Counted from the stretch's first letter, positions 22,969 through 33,324 are shown. The stretch: 64,000 bases of DNA from Trichormus sp. ATA11-4-KO1 (GCA_019358915.1 JAHHIM010000065.1:256001-320000), one strand, 5' to 3'. Numbers and translations: made by a program. Notes: generated from the letters alone by a model not told the origin.

Positions 22969-24330
22969 ATGACACCTCCAGAAAACAACAAGATTGTTGA
23001 AGAAAGAAAAGAGCTAATTAAAGAAGTTCTAGAAGCTTACCCCGATAAAGCTAAGAAAAAACGGGAAAAGCACTTAAATGTATTTGAAGAAGGTAAGAGC
23101 GATTGCGGCGTTAAATCTAACGTTAAATCTCTTCCTGGTGTAATGACCGCTCGTGGTTGTGCTTATGCAGGTTCTAAAGGTGTGGTTTGGGGTCCTATTA
23201 AGGACATGATCCACATCAGCCACGGGCCTGTAGGTTGTGGTTACTGGTCTTGGTCTGGTCGTCGTAACTACTACATTGGTACTACAGGTGTTGACACCTT
23301 TGGTACCATGCACTTCACCTCTGACTTCCAAGAACGGGACATCGTTTTCGGTGGTGACAAAAAACTACTGAAACTGATCCAAGAATTGGAAGTACTCTTC
23401 CCCCTTAACCGTGGTGTATCCATTCAATCTGAATGTCCCATCGGTCTAATTGGGGATGACATCGAAGCTGTGGCTCGTAAAGCATCCAAAGAAATTGACA
23501 AGCCTGTTGTTCCCGTTCGTTGCGAAGGCTTTCGGGGTGTTTCCCAGTCCTTGGGTCACCACATCGCTAACGACATGATTCGTGACTGGGTATTCCCCAG
23601 ATCCGATAAAGCTAAAGCTGACGGTTCACTGAATTTTGATTCTACTCCTTACGATGTAGCAATTATCGGTGACTACAACATCGGTGGTGATGCTTGGGCT
23701 AGCCGCATCCTACTAGAAGAAATCGGCTTGCGCGTAGTCGCTCAGTGGTCTGGTGACGGTACTATCAACGAAATGTTGATGACCCCCAACGTGAAGATGA
23801 ACCTTATCCACTGTTATCGGTCGATGAACTACATCAGCCGTCACATGGAAGAAAAATATGGTATTCCCTGGTTAGAATACAACTTCTTTGGCCCTACCAA
23901 GATTGCTGAATCTCTACGGGAAATTGCTTCTAAATTTGACTCGAAAATCCAAGAAAACGCTGAGAAGGTAATTGCCAAGTATCAGCCCACAATGGATGCG
24001 ATCGTTGAGAAGTACCGTCCCCGTTTGGAAGGTAAGACTGTAGCCATGATGGTTGGCGGTCTACGTCCTCGCCACGTTGTACCCGCTTTCCAAGATTTGG
24101 GTATGAAGATGGTTGGTACAGGTTATGAGTTCGCTCACAACGACGACTACAAACGTACTACCCACTACATCGAAAATGGTACTATCGTCTACGATGACGT
24201 AACTGCTTATGAATTCGAGGAGTTCGTTAAAGCACTTAAGCCAGACTTAATTGCTTCTGGTGTGAAAGAGAAGTACGTCTTCCAAAAGATGGGTCTACCT
24301 TTCCGTCAAATGCACTCTTGGGATTACTCC
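22969..24330 (+). CDS. nifD: Nitrogenase MoFe protein alpha chain, 5' segment (454 codons)
   Basis: [22 protein letters not shown]; homology stops at the recombination site. Confidence 0.97.
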
Positions 24331-24616
24331 GAACCTAGCGATCGCTCTTACAAGTCAATTAAATCAAGCTTTTTTTAGCAGCAAGAGAAAATAGAGTCTA
24401 TTTCTAGCCTAAATACGAGTTTTAGGATATCTAGGAACAATACATTTTTAATACTTGAGACAATATAACTCTTATGGGAATTGGTTTTTGAGTTTGGCTA
24501 AATTTTATTTAAAGCAAAACTGTAAATCAAAATACTTTTTTAACTGATATTTTTTTAGATTAAAACAGGCGATCGCTTGCTGGAAGACGAAATTGGCAAA
24601 AGCTGACATTTGTACT

Positions 24617-25030
24617 TTACAGTTTCTTGAAGTATCTAGCGACTGGCCACAAATCAAAGCCCACCTTTTCATAAGTATGACGCGCTGCGCTATGACCAGG
24701 ATCACCTCCAGTTTCCACCATAGCAATAGACATCCCCGCATCTTTCATCCAGTCTAGAGCGAATTTTATCAGAGCGCTGCCAATGCCGCGACCTTGAAAA
24801 TCTGGATCGACAGCCACCATGTAAATTTTACCCATGCTATCCTCTGAGTGGAGTTTCACGGCTACAAAGCCTACAGCAGAACCTGCATCGATAGCAACCC
24901 ATACATTGGTGTCTTCTGCAACGCAAACATCCTCAACAGCCTTTTGCTGGCTCACACGCCAATTATCGGGATAAAATGCCCGGTATACATCAGCATTCAT
25001 CGTGTTCTGAATCGAATCAAAAACTGGAGT
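24617..25030 (-). pseudogene. GNAT acetyltransferase, apparently 5'-truncated
   Basis: MVAVDPDFQGRGIGSAL motif A; the frame extends upstream as TPVFDSIQNT and then loses coding resemblance. Confidence 0.65.
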
Positions 25031-25257
25031 TGAACAGTTGCAACTGAAAGGGATTAGTCATTAAGAAAGGAGATACAATTTGTTATTGTGGCTCAGCCTG
25101 GGAAAGCTAAACCAGTTCTTGGATCATGAATGTACAAACATAGTGTAAGCGATCGCATGACTTAATCCCAAATAGAGGTCAAGACCATCACAAACTTCTA
25201 GTAAATTCTAATTGTTATTATTCATGATTTTTGTGTAAGATTAGCAACATTTAATAT

Positions 25258-25836
25258 TTAATCGGGGAAAGCCATACCTGTCATGGGATCACGGATATAC
25301 AACCCTAGCGTCAGACTACCCATCACTTCATCCCAAACGGGTATTAGTTGCTCTGCTTGATCTGCCCAATAATCCAATGTAATTAAGCATTGCACATTTG
25401 ACCCCAAACCGATGCAAGTTCGTGAAAAAGCTTCTCGTGGTTTTTCTTGGGTGTCAATAAACTTAATCTCTGTCCAGACAATTTTGGCAGTTTGGCGCTT
25501 GACAGTGACAATTTCTCCTCTAGCAATGACGTTACGCTCGTCTTCGTCCATTATTTTCTTCAAGGTGGATTTTAACGGAAACATACTCCAGTCACGGGGA
25601 GGTAGAGGATTGAAAGATACTTCTAAGCAACAATCATCGTTAGGGGGTTTTTGATCACGAAACTTGAAAGATTTTTCTTGCGGTTCAAAAAACCAATTAT
25701 GGGGGACATTAAAGCGCACAGCCCCACGATTTGCTACAAAAATCTTGTAGCCTGATGGAGATTCCCAGCGATGGTCAGGCTTTAGTTCAAGCGTTTCTTT
25801 AATCCACTGGAGATTGCTTTTTTTACGCTTTGCCAT
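25258..25836 (-). CDS. Hypothetical protein (nifD-element cargo)
   Basis: Intact 192-aa ORF MAKRKKSNLQWIKETLELKPDH... Confidence 0.8.
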   Translation of the reverse strand: MAKRKKSNLQWIKETLELKPDHRWESPSGYKIFVANRGAVRFNVPHNWFFEPQEKSFKFRDQKPPNDDCCLEVSFNPLPPRDWSMFPLKSTLKKIMDEDERNVIARGEIVTVKRQTAKIVWTEIKFIDTQEKPREAFSRTCIGLGSNVQCLITLDYWADQAEQLIPVWDEVMGSLTLGLYIRDPMTGMAFPD

Positions 25837-26074
25837 AGTTTTTTGCCAGTCTGCTGAAGATTACGTAGGCGTAACTTGTCGTAGACGTTGTAAGCGATCG
25901 CCCACTTTGTCAATAGTACCAAATTGCTAGTATTTTATAGTTGTGAATTAGGACAATGCACCACATCGTACCCTGGCATCTTCATCAGAATGGCAGATTA
26001 AGCAATAGTCAGCAAATATAATTTTTCTCAACATCATCCAGCAGTGCGTTGGCGTAGTTAACAAATGCGATCAC

Positions 26075-26617
26075 TCAGACTCGATCAAGCGATCAATGCG
26101 GTTCTGGTGGCAACTCCACACGTATCAAATCATGCGATCGCACCTTACCACCAATTAGCACGACACCCATCACACCTGCTTTGCGAATCAAATTACCCTG
26201 CTCGTCTCGGTCTCACACTGCCGCCATCAGACCTTCCTGAATTCCGTTAAGCTGGACACACGGGTTCCGTAAGCCAGTAATTTCAACTATCACCTGTGTG
26301 CCCAGGTATAGATGAGTACCCAGAGGTAGCCTAAGCAGGTCGATTCCTCGCGTCGTAATATTCTCTCCCATTTCACCTGCACCCACAGTAAAACCTTTGA
26401 CACAAAGTTCGTCATGCAGCTCAGAATGAATTAAATGCACTTGACGGAGATTAGGCTGATTCGGATTAACAGCTACCCGTGAACGATGCTTGACTGTCAC
26501 ACCCATATGTGCATCACCCTCAACGCCTAATCCTGGGAGTAACTGGATACTTGGCTGCTCATACTTCTTCATCGTATGCAAAGCACTTCTATGCACCGCT
26601 TTAACAACTCCATTCAT
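26075..26617 (-). pseudogene. MOSC domain protein with two in-frame TGA stops
   Basis: GVEGDAH...RQVHLIH...GENITT...RNPCVQL, then AAV*DRDEQGNLIRKAGVMGVVLIGGKV...LPPEPH*SLDRV*. Confidence 0.85.
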
Positions 26618-26741
26618 TCATCACATACCCTCGTTTGCTTGGCTCCAACTCTTACCACCCAAGGCTTCTTGAGTTTTGCATGATTGCTTGTACGATTATA
26701 TATGGCTAGGTAACGCTGTTAATTAACTAGAGGTAAAAATT

Positions 26742-27008
26742 ATGAACATCCAATTGAAAGCAGAATACGAGCAATTTATACAAACCCGAATTGCTACAGG
26801 TAGATATGAAAATGCTGAAGATGTGATTGTAAAAGCATTGAAACTACTGGAGGAATGGGAGAAGGGTTATCAGGAATGGGAAGAAGAAACTAAGAAAAAA
26901 CTAGAGGCTGGGTTGGCTTCTATCGAACGTGGAGACGTAGTAGATGGTGAAGTGGTGATGGTAAGACTGGAGGAGAAATTACGCCAAGCGCGTGAGGCTC
27001 AAGGATGA
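26742..27008 (+). CDS. ParD-like (ribbon-helix-helix) antitoxin
   Basis: MNIQL...FIQTRIATGRYENAEDVIVKALKLLEE...GLASIERG. Confidence 0.87.
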   Translation: MNIQLKAEYEQFIQTRIATGRYENAEDVIVKALKLLEEWEKGYQEWEEETKKKLEAGLASIERGDVVDGEVVMVRLEEKLRQAREAQG

Positions 27009-27310
27009 TGGAATACTTGATTTCCAAGGAAGCAAGCCAAGATTTAGATGAAATTTTGGATTATTTTTTAGTTCGTAATGTCAACGCTGGCGAAAGATTT
27101 ATTCGAGAATTTAATAAGAAGTGCCAAAACATAGCTCAATTCCCAAATATAGGGCGAAGTTACACCAAGTTTGACCCCAGGCTGAGAGGGATACCATTGG
27201 ACGGCTATATCATTTTTTATCGAGTTTTTGAAGATAGTGTTGTGATTGTCCGGGTAGTTAGCGGTTATCGAGATTTAGAATCTATATTTGCAGATATGGA
27301 CGATGAGTAG
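27005..27310 (+). CDS. RelE/ParE toxin
   Basis: SKEASQDLDEI...FPNIGRSY...YIIFYR...IVRVVSGYRDL. Confidence 0.9.
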   Translation: MMEYLISKEASQDLDEILDYFLVRNVNAGERFIREFNKKCQNIAQFPNIGRSYTKFDPRLRGIPLDGYIIFYRVFEDSVVIVRVVSGYRDLESIFADMDDE

Positions 27311-27341
27311 ATTTTAGTTGTGAATTAGCGTAGAGGAATTG

Positions 27342-27454
27342 GGCGTTGCTGAATCATGGGATGAAATTTGATGTATTAAAATCTTAAACTCTTGATTCTC
27401 TCTGCGCCTTTGCGCCTCTGCGTGAGATAAATCATCCCGCAATTATGCAACGCC
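27342..27454. mobile_element. 113-bp MITE with 8-bp target-site duplication
   Basis: Ends GGCGTTGC...GCAACGCC; AGGAATTG duplicated at 27334-27341 and 27455-27462. Confidence 0.92.
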
Positions 27455-27464
27455 AGGAATTGCT

Positions 27465-27547
27465 GCGATCGCCTTCTAAAGATACTTATAATTAATTAAG
27501 GTGCATTGCATATATAAAAATACACCCTACCCCAGAGATGCGATCGC
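27465..27547. repeat. HIP1-bounded hairpin repeat N1
   Basis: GCGATCGCCTTCT...GGTGCATTGCATA...AATACACCCTAC...GATGCGATCGC. Confidence 0.85.
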
Positions 27548-27653
27548 GTTTAAATCTCGAATCAATCTCTATAACTGTTGCAATATAAGCTTTATAGCCA
27601 TAAGCTGCACTTGGTCGCACGAACCTTCGATCTCTAACTACTAGTAGGAACTA

Positions 27654-28292
27654 TTATGTTCCCGGACGAGAGCGAAGATGATCGGGTAGATGATGGCGAT
27701 CGCCCAATATTTCTAGCAAAGGGCCATTAACGTCAAATTTAACCATACCTACCGACGCGACCAAAATATTCACCCGATAGCGATAGCGCCCCAAATCAAT
27801 CCCTAGTAAACTGCAAAGTATAATCCGAATCGTGGCTTTATGGGAAACTACTAAAACATTACCTTGGGGATGTTTTTCTTGAATTTCAGCAATTACAGGC
27901 ATAGAACGGTTAGCAATATCTACCGCAGTTTCTCCACCTAATGGTGCATTCCAAGCCGGTTCTGTCAACCATTTTACATAGTTCTGGGCGTAATTCTCTT
28001 GAGCAAACGATTTACTCTTAGTTTCCCATTTGCCGTAACTACCTTCTCTCAGTCCGTCACGCAACTGCATCTCCATTCCAATAGCATCACAAAATGGCTT
28101 GGCGGTGGCAATTGTGCGCTTCATCGGGCTAACATAAACAGCTTCCCACTTCAATTTTTGATAAACATCGGCAAAACTCTTTGCCATCTGCATCCCTTGT
28201 GTTGTCAACTCCGCATCAGTTTCACCGCAGAAATTACCACTTTGACTAAAAGTAGTTTCTCCATGTCGCAGTAAATATAAATTGAGTGTCAT
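27654..28292 (-). CDS. Histidine phosphatase family protein
   Basis: LLRHGET, SPMKRT, VVSHKATIR. Confidence 0.92.
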   Translation of the reverse strand: MTLNLYLLRHGETTFSQSGNFCGETDAELTTQGMQMAKSFADVYQKLKWEAVYVSPMKRTIATAKPFCDAIGMEMQLRDGLREGSYGKWETKSKSFAQENYAQNYVKWLTEPAWNAPLGGETAVDIANRSMPVIAEIQEKHPQGNVLVVSHKATIRIILCSLLGIDLGRYRYRVNILVASVGMVKFDVNGPLLEILGDRHHLPDHLRSRPGT

Positions 28293-28551
28293 AGCTTGTA
28301 TTGCAATTGGGATGAAGGCGTTTGTACCTCAATAAAATAGCATCAATCTCGCAATCGAGTATGTAACACCAGGACAAAGTAATCAACCAAAAAAGTTAAT
28401 CAATTGTATACAAAAGCGCTCGCATCAATTAGCGGTTAAGTTTAGTTGAGTTAATATGTAGGAACAATCAGTCCTAACTAATGTCTGGACTATTTAGTTA
28501 CACAAATTTTTACATAGATAACTTGCTGCGAACTGACAAGTCAGCGCTTGC

Positions 28552-28628
28552 GCGATCGCCTTCTGAAGAATAATTGATCAGGTGCATTGCATACACGACA
28601 ATACACCCTACCGGAAAGATGCGATCGC
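28552..28628. repeat. HIP1-bounded hairpin repeat N2
   Basis: GCGATCGCCTTCTGAAGA...GGTGCATTGCATACACGACAATACACCCTACCGGAAAGATGCGATCGC. Confidence 0.87.
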
Positions 28629-28706
28629 CTCCGGTGCTGCGCGCAATCGCTCTAAAGTGAGCTAATATAAATAATTACTTTGTTTTTATAATTCTTAGGA
28701 TTATCT

Positions 28707-29241
28707 TCATCTTTCTTCCCCAATCTCCCAATCTTCGTACTTTAAACCATCAATACGGCTAAATTCACGGATGTTGTGGGTCACAAGTGTGAGATCATTA
28801 GCTAGAGCGATCGCAGCAATTAATAAATCATTTGCTCCAATTGGAGTCCCTAAAGCATCAAGACGAGCGCGAATATTTCCAGCTATTTTTGCTGCTTGAC
28901 GATCAAGTGGTAAATCAGTAAACTCAACCAATAAATTTTCTGGCGTTGCATAAATGCGGGATGAATTGAGATAATTTGCCAAGGATAAACCTAGGTTCTT
29001 CGAGACTTTGCGACTTTGCGCGAAATAAAATTCATCCCATTAATCGGCAACGCCAATTTTCTAAGTGAGTCAGGTTCCTGTTAACATTGGCACTTTTGTA
29101 AGCACCGTAATACAGTTCACTATAAACAACAGTACAGATGTAAATCTCCCTAGAAGGTATTGATAAGACCTTTTGAGTAACAGGTGAATTTGCTGAATTG
29201 AGAATTTGGATACATGCATTGGTATCTAAAAGGTAGGCCAT
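28707..29241 (-). pseudogene. vapC: VapC toxin disrupted by a MITE
   Basis: MAYLLDTN...LTHLEN | LLVEF...IGANDLLIAA...VTHNIREF; removing the MITE plus one TSD copy restores the frame. Confidence 0.92.
28942..29054. mobile_element. 113-bp MITE with 8-bp target-site duplication
   Basis: Ends GGCGTTGC...GCAACGCC; AATTTTCT duplicated at 28934-28941 and 29055-29062. Confidence 0.93.
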
Positions 29242-29501
29242 TGAATCTCCTCTCGCGTCTCGAAAGGAAGCTGTTCTGGACGTTCAAGTGGTTCACCTTC
29301 CCAACTACCTATTACTTCTTCAAGAAACTTAGGAGAATATCCCAATTCTTCCGGTGTTTTGCTTACAGACGATGCAGATTCTTGGGTGACAGGTTGAAAG
29401 ACAACTACAACATCTAATTCTTGGTTTGCAATCTCGGCGGGAAGTTGAATGTGCAGAATTCCATCATCACCTATATGTGTTCTGAATCTCATGCTCTCCA
29501 C
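29226..29501 (-). CDS. Putative antitoxin of the vapC module
   Basis: HIGDDGILHIQLP...IGSWEGEPLERPEQ; overlaps the vapC start. Confidence 0.75.
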   Translation of the reverse strand: MESMRFRTHIGDDGILHIQLPAEIANQELDVVVVFQPVTQESASSVSKTPEELGYSPKFLEEVIGSWEGEPLERPEQLPFETREEIQWPTF

Positions 29502-29607
29502 GGCTTAACCTCCTAAATTATGAATTAACTTCTTCTTTTCATCTTATCCCAGCCCAATTTGCTGATGTTGCGGTTAAGTTTACTTGAGTCCATTGTACAG
29601 ATGAATT

Positions 29608-29695
29608 GCGATCGCCTCCTGAAGACACTCATAATTCATCAGGTGTACATAATTCATCAGGTGTATTGCATACACGACAACACACCCTACCGGAA
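29608..29695. repeat. Hairpin repeat N3 (HIP1 at left end only; internal 18-bp duplication)
   Basis: GCGATCGCCTCCTGAAGA...(CATAATTCATCAGGTGTA)x2...TTGCATACACGACAACACACCCTACCGGAA. Confidence 0.85.
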
Positions 29696-29716
29696 GCACG
29701 TTAAAGGCTCGCAAAA

Positions 29717-31528
29717 CTAGGTTTTGATTTTTAATACAGGTTGATTAAATGGTTTAAGGTTTTTGCTTTGTTTGTGTTGTCGCGTCAACTCTATCAAATC
29801 ACTAGTAAATGCTTTAAGCCTTTCTGGGGGGCTAGTGAAACCAGATTTTCCACTATTATAATTTTCGAGAACTTTATCCAAAATAGTTATTGACTGCTGA
29901 AATAAAATTAAAGTATGCTCTTCATTACGTAAAATTTGTTGCAATTCAATAAATTTTTTTTCATTTTTCTTATTATTAATTAAGTCAATATCAAGCTTTA
30001 AATCAGATAATGCTAGTAGCCTAAATATCATAATAATTTGATACTTGAAGCGTTTGTAATACTGATTTAAATTGTTGGTTCTTATAAATTTTTCTAATCT
30101 GTAAAACGTATATGCACTTAGATAGTAGGGATAAAAGCTGTGATTTTCTACAAAAATTCTCCGGCTATTATTTTTTAGAAGTTCTCCATAGTATCTACAT
30201 GAGCTACTATGTGGTTCATTAAGAAACATAGCAAGAAAACACTTAACTTGAGTAGCAGTTGAAATTACTTTGTAGTTATCAACAATAGAGTTAGAGCTAT
30301 TGTACTGCTTTGATCGTCTTTCATAGTATAAACGATGTTTACGACCTTCATCATCATTAAAGCTTTCATAAAACTCCTCAAGCTTTTTGTTAAATGGCTG
30401 CAATGACCAAAACGCTTCTGGTTTCACCTCGGTTTGCCTATTAGTAGCTCTGATAATCTGATTTGTTATCTCTTCATCTGCTGTAATAATTAGCTTTATT
30501 GGCAAATATATTTGTTCATCTAATGAATCTTTATTTTTGTATAAAATATGGCTTGTTTGGCAGCCATTAACTATTTGATAATCTTTAATTTTAAAATATG
30601 TACCTGTTTTGTTAATTGATTTTGCAACAATAGTGGCTCCATTATTTAGCAGAACAAAACTATCTCTTCGTTTTTGATTTTTAATAGTGTCATTAATCTC
30701 AGAGTTAACAGTGTTATCACCTTGAAAGTCCCTAACGTTATCATAAAATAAATTTTTTTGCAGTGTACCATCCGTACTAGATATAAGTTTTAAATATTCT
30801 TTACAAGGTAAAATGCCAATATACGCTTCTTGCACTTTATCTATCTGTGGTAATATCGTGTGCCTCTCAAAATTAATTTCTCTTGTAACCTTATTTCGTA
30901 TCTCTTTGTACATATTTTGCAGATATTCTGCATCAACAGGAATAAACTTAACTCCTTCATGTCCTGAAGAAAATAAGCCAGTCTTTCTCAAATCTTCAAT
31001 TCCATCATTAATAACACTTAGTAAATTTCCATCTTGTAACCATTTTCCAGTAGTAACATAATACATATGACAAACTGGGTTTTCTTCCATGTGCAAACTT
31101 AGAGAATAAATATGTTTCTTTAATTCGAGCAATTCTTTAATCTCTTGACCTGTAGCTCTGGATGGCTGGTCTTTGAAAAAATCTCTCACACCATGAATAA
31201 ACTTACTTATATGTCCCAAATCAAAGTCGCTGGATGTTTTTGTCTGTATAAAAATGAATTTTGCATCTAGTCTATTTAAGGCTTTCTTTAAATCATCTAT
31301 TTCTTCTGTAGAAGAAGCCAAATTTTCATTAACCATGATAGCTAAGCCGTCAATACTGTTATCTCCACCTCCACCAATACTAATATCCTCAATACTAAAT
31401 CTTTCCGAGTGTAATCTTGAAATAATACAGTAATTTACAAAGTATTCAAACGCTGTATTTTTACTTAGGTCTTCCAAGCTATACTCTTGACAAAAATCTC
31501 TTAGATAAGATTCAATAATTTGATTCAT
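29717..31528 (-). CDS. AIPR family (abortive infection phage resistance) protein
   Basis: GGGDNSIDG...IQTK, NVRDFQG, LLNNGATI, QIVNGCQT, ATNRQ, YYERR motifs; very AT-rich. Confidence 0.88.
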   Translation of the reverse strand: MNQIIESYLRDFCQEYSLEDLSKNTAFEYFVNYCIISRLHSERFSIEDISIGGGGDNSIDGLAIMVNENLASSTEEIDDLKKALNRLDAKFIFIQTKTSSDFDLGHISKFIHGVRDFFKDQPSRATGQEIKELLELKKHIYSLSLHMEENPVCHMYYVTTGKWLQDGNLLSVINDGIEDLRKTGLFSSGHEGVKFIPVDAEYLQNMYKEIRNKVTREINFERHTILPQIDKVQEAYIGILPCKEYLKLISSTDGTLQKNLFYDNVRDFQGDNTVNSEINDTIKNQKRRDSFVLLNNGATIVAKSINKTGTYFKIKDYQIVNGCQTSHILYKNKDSLDEQIYLPIKLIITADEEITNQIIRATNRQTEVKPEAFWSLQPFNKKLEEFYESFNDDEGRKHRLYYERRSKQYNSSNSIVDNYKVISTATQVKCFLAMFLNEPHSSSCRYYGELLKNNSRRIFVENHSFYPYYLSAYTFYRLEKFIRTNNLNQYYKRFKYQIIMIFRLLALSDLKLDIDLINNKKNEKKFIELQQILRNEEHTLILFQQSITILDKVLENYNSGKSGFTSPPERLKAFTSDLIELTRQHKQSKNLKPFNQPVLKIKT

Positions 31529-31867
31529 TTATGCTTCCTTGAAATTTCTTGAATACCGAAAATATTGAGCAAAACTGTTTATCTTACCATCTTGTTGTTA
31601 CTTACTTTACATAAAATAGTGCTCGTTGTAACTTTATTAAGTATCTTCATAGACAAGTCATTAACACGTCAACAAAATGAAGAGCCTTTTTTTACACTTG
31701 ATATTTAAATTGTAAATTTTATGATACACATTTTTATTTAAGAAAACCACTATTTCTACGTAACATTATGCATAGATTAATATACTAATTTATACAATAA
31801 CTAAACTTTTATTAAGTATCAATACCAATTGTATCACTTGCGATAAAGGTATCATTCAACATCCTAA

Positions 31868-33286
31868 TTAACTCTGCTCATGCACTAACTCCATTTTCAA
31901 CTTCTCAACCTCCATTTTCAATCTTTCATTCTCCAACCTCAACCTCTGATTCTCCTCCCTCATCACCTCAACTTCATTACGTTTACTCAAAGCTTGATTA
32001 ATCGCTAACTTCCGCATATCCAAAGAAAACCAACGCTGATAAGTTTGCGTATGTACTTGCACACTATGACCTAAATTATCTGCGGCTGCTTTAATTGGTA
32101 TACCTAAAATATGCGCCCGAATCGCCCAAGCGTGACGTAAATCATAAGGTTTAAAATCTAAATTAATTTTACGAAACCACCAACTAACTCGTTGAGTTAA
32201 TGCTGTTATCTCTGCATGATTAGTTTTATCTTTCTTACTAATTGCATCTGCTAACATTCCTAAATATTTAGGATTTCTTAAATCAAATTCTTCAATCCAT
32301 TGCTTATGTAACGGTAATGCTTGTCTTTCACCAGTCTTACAATCTTTATGAACTTTCCATGTTAAATCTATATTTTCTATACTTAACCACCAATCAATAT
32401 CGGGATTAATAAATAATTCCCTGGGGCGTAAACCAAAAACTGCTAACATTCCATAAGTCCACCGCCAAAGTTGCCAGCTATCTTTAACGTTTTGATTAAC
32501 TTGATTGCCTCTATTAATCAGATATTCTTCAAATTTACTAAACCCTGTAATTATCTCAGCATCGGTTGGTATATTCCGGGAATTATTTTCCGGCATTTTG
32601 GCATATTTAGATAAATCGATTTCGATGTTGAATGCTAGGCAAAATGCAGATATGGCTCGTGTAGCATTATATCTTGCCCATTCTTTGTCTATTTTTTCAA
32701 TTGCACCGAGCAAGTTTTCTGGAATCGCTAAATCTTGAGAATTGGTAAATCTTTTGGTGCGGGAAAAGTAATAAAAAAATGTATGCTCACTTTTTGTTGT
32801 GCGTTTGTGCGTTTTAAAATATTCTTCTTCAAATTTTTCTAATAACTCACCGATGGTCTTAAACTCTTTTTTTATCGCCTCATTACCTAAATATTTATCA
32901 TTCCATTCAAAAGTTTTTCTAGCAATCAATTTCCCTAACTCATAAGCTTCTTCCTCAGCCGTCTTCAGTCCATCTAAGTTGGCGGGAATATTCAAACTAA
33001 GATTGTATTGCTTTCTCCCAGTACCTTTGGTGTCCTTATCTCCTGGTTTAATTGGTAACGTTGCCCGTAATTGCAGACTTCCATTTGATTCTCTAATCGT
33101 TACCTTAGCCTTTGCAGACTTCAAACGCAGATTTACTTTCTCTAATTCTATTAGTACTTTTGTTCTCATGTGTGCTTTTTGCTGGTTTGCTTGCAGACTT
33201 GAACCCAGAAAACTGCCGTCGGTAGATGGAAATGGCTCTAAGTCTGCAAAAGCTTGTTGATATTTGTCTTGACCCTGATTATGCAT
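31868..33286 (-). CDS. xisA: Site-specific tyrosine recombinase (nifD element excisase)
   Basis: FGLRPRE, KTG, YDLRHAWAIR, LGHS...HTQTY catalytic motifs; 472 aa, adjacent to the right repeat. Confidence 0.96.
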   Translation of the reverse strand: MHNQGQDKYQQAFADLEPFPSTDGSFLGSSLQANQQKAHMRTKVLIELEKVNLRLKSAKAKVTIRESNGSLQLRATLPIKPGDKDTKGTGRKQYNLSLNIPANLDGLKTAEEEAYELGKLIARKTFEWNDKYLGNEAIKKEFKTIGELLEKFEEEYFKTHKRTTKSEHTFFYYFSRTKRFTNSQDLAIPENLLGAIEKIDKEWARYNATRAISAFCLAFNIEIDLSKYAKMPENNSRNIPTDAEIITGFSKFEEYLINRGNQVNQNVKDSWQLWRWTYGMLAVFGLRPRELFINPDIDWWLSIENIDLTWKVHKDCKTGERQALPLHKQWIEEFDLRNPKYLGMLADAISKKDKTNHAEITALTQRVSWWFRKINLDFKPYDLRHAWAIRAHILGIPIKAAADNLGHSVQVHTQTYQRWFSLDMRKLAINQALSKRNEVEVMREENQRLRLENERLKMEVEKLKMELVHEQS

Positions 33287-33324
33287 CGCTGTGGTTTAGC
33301 CTATATTTAGCCTAAAAATAAATG

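Noticed and set aside
22969..24378. 469-aa ORF as a complete or dead nifD
   Set aside because: The last 15 residues come from the element; the true 3' end is at 33414-33554 and is restored by excision.
25945..25975. Possible fourth copy of the N1-N3 hairpin repeat
   Set aside because: Only CAATGCACC matches, in the opposite orientation and without the flanking context; too weak to call.
26075..26215. Selenocysteine or readthrough at the two TGA codons in MOSC
   Set aside because: Neither position looks like a catalytic Cys site; simple nonsense mutations in decaying cargo are more plausible.
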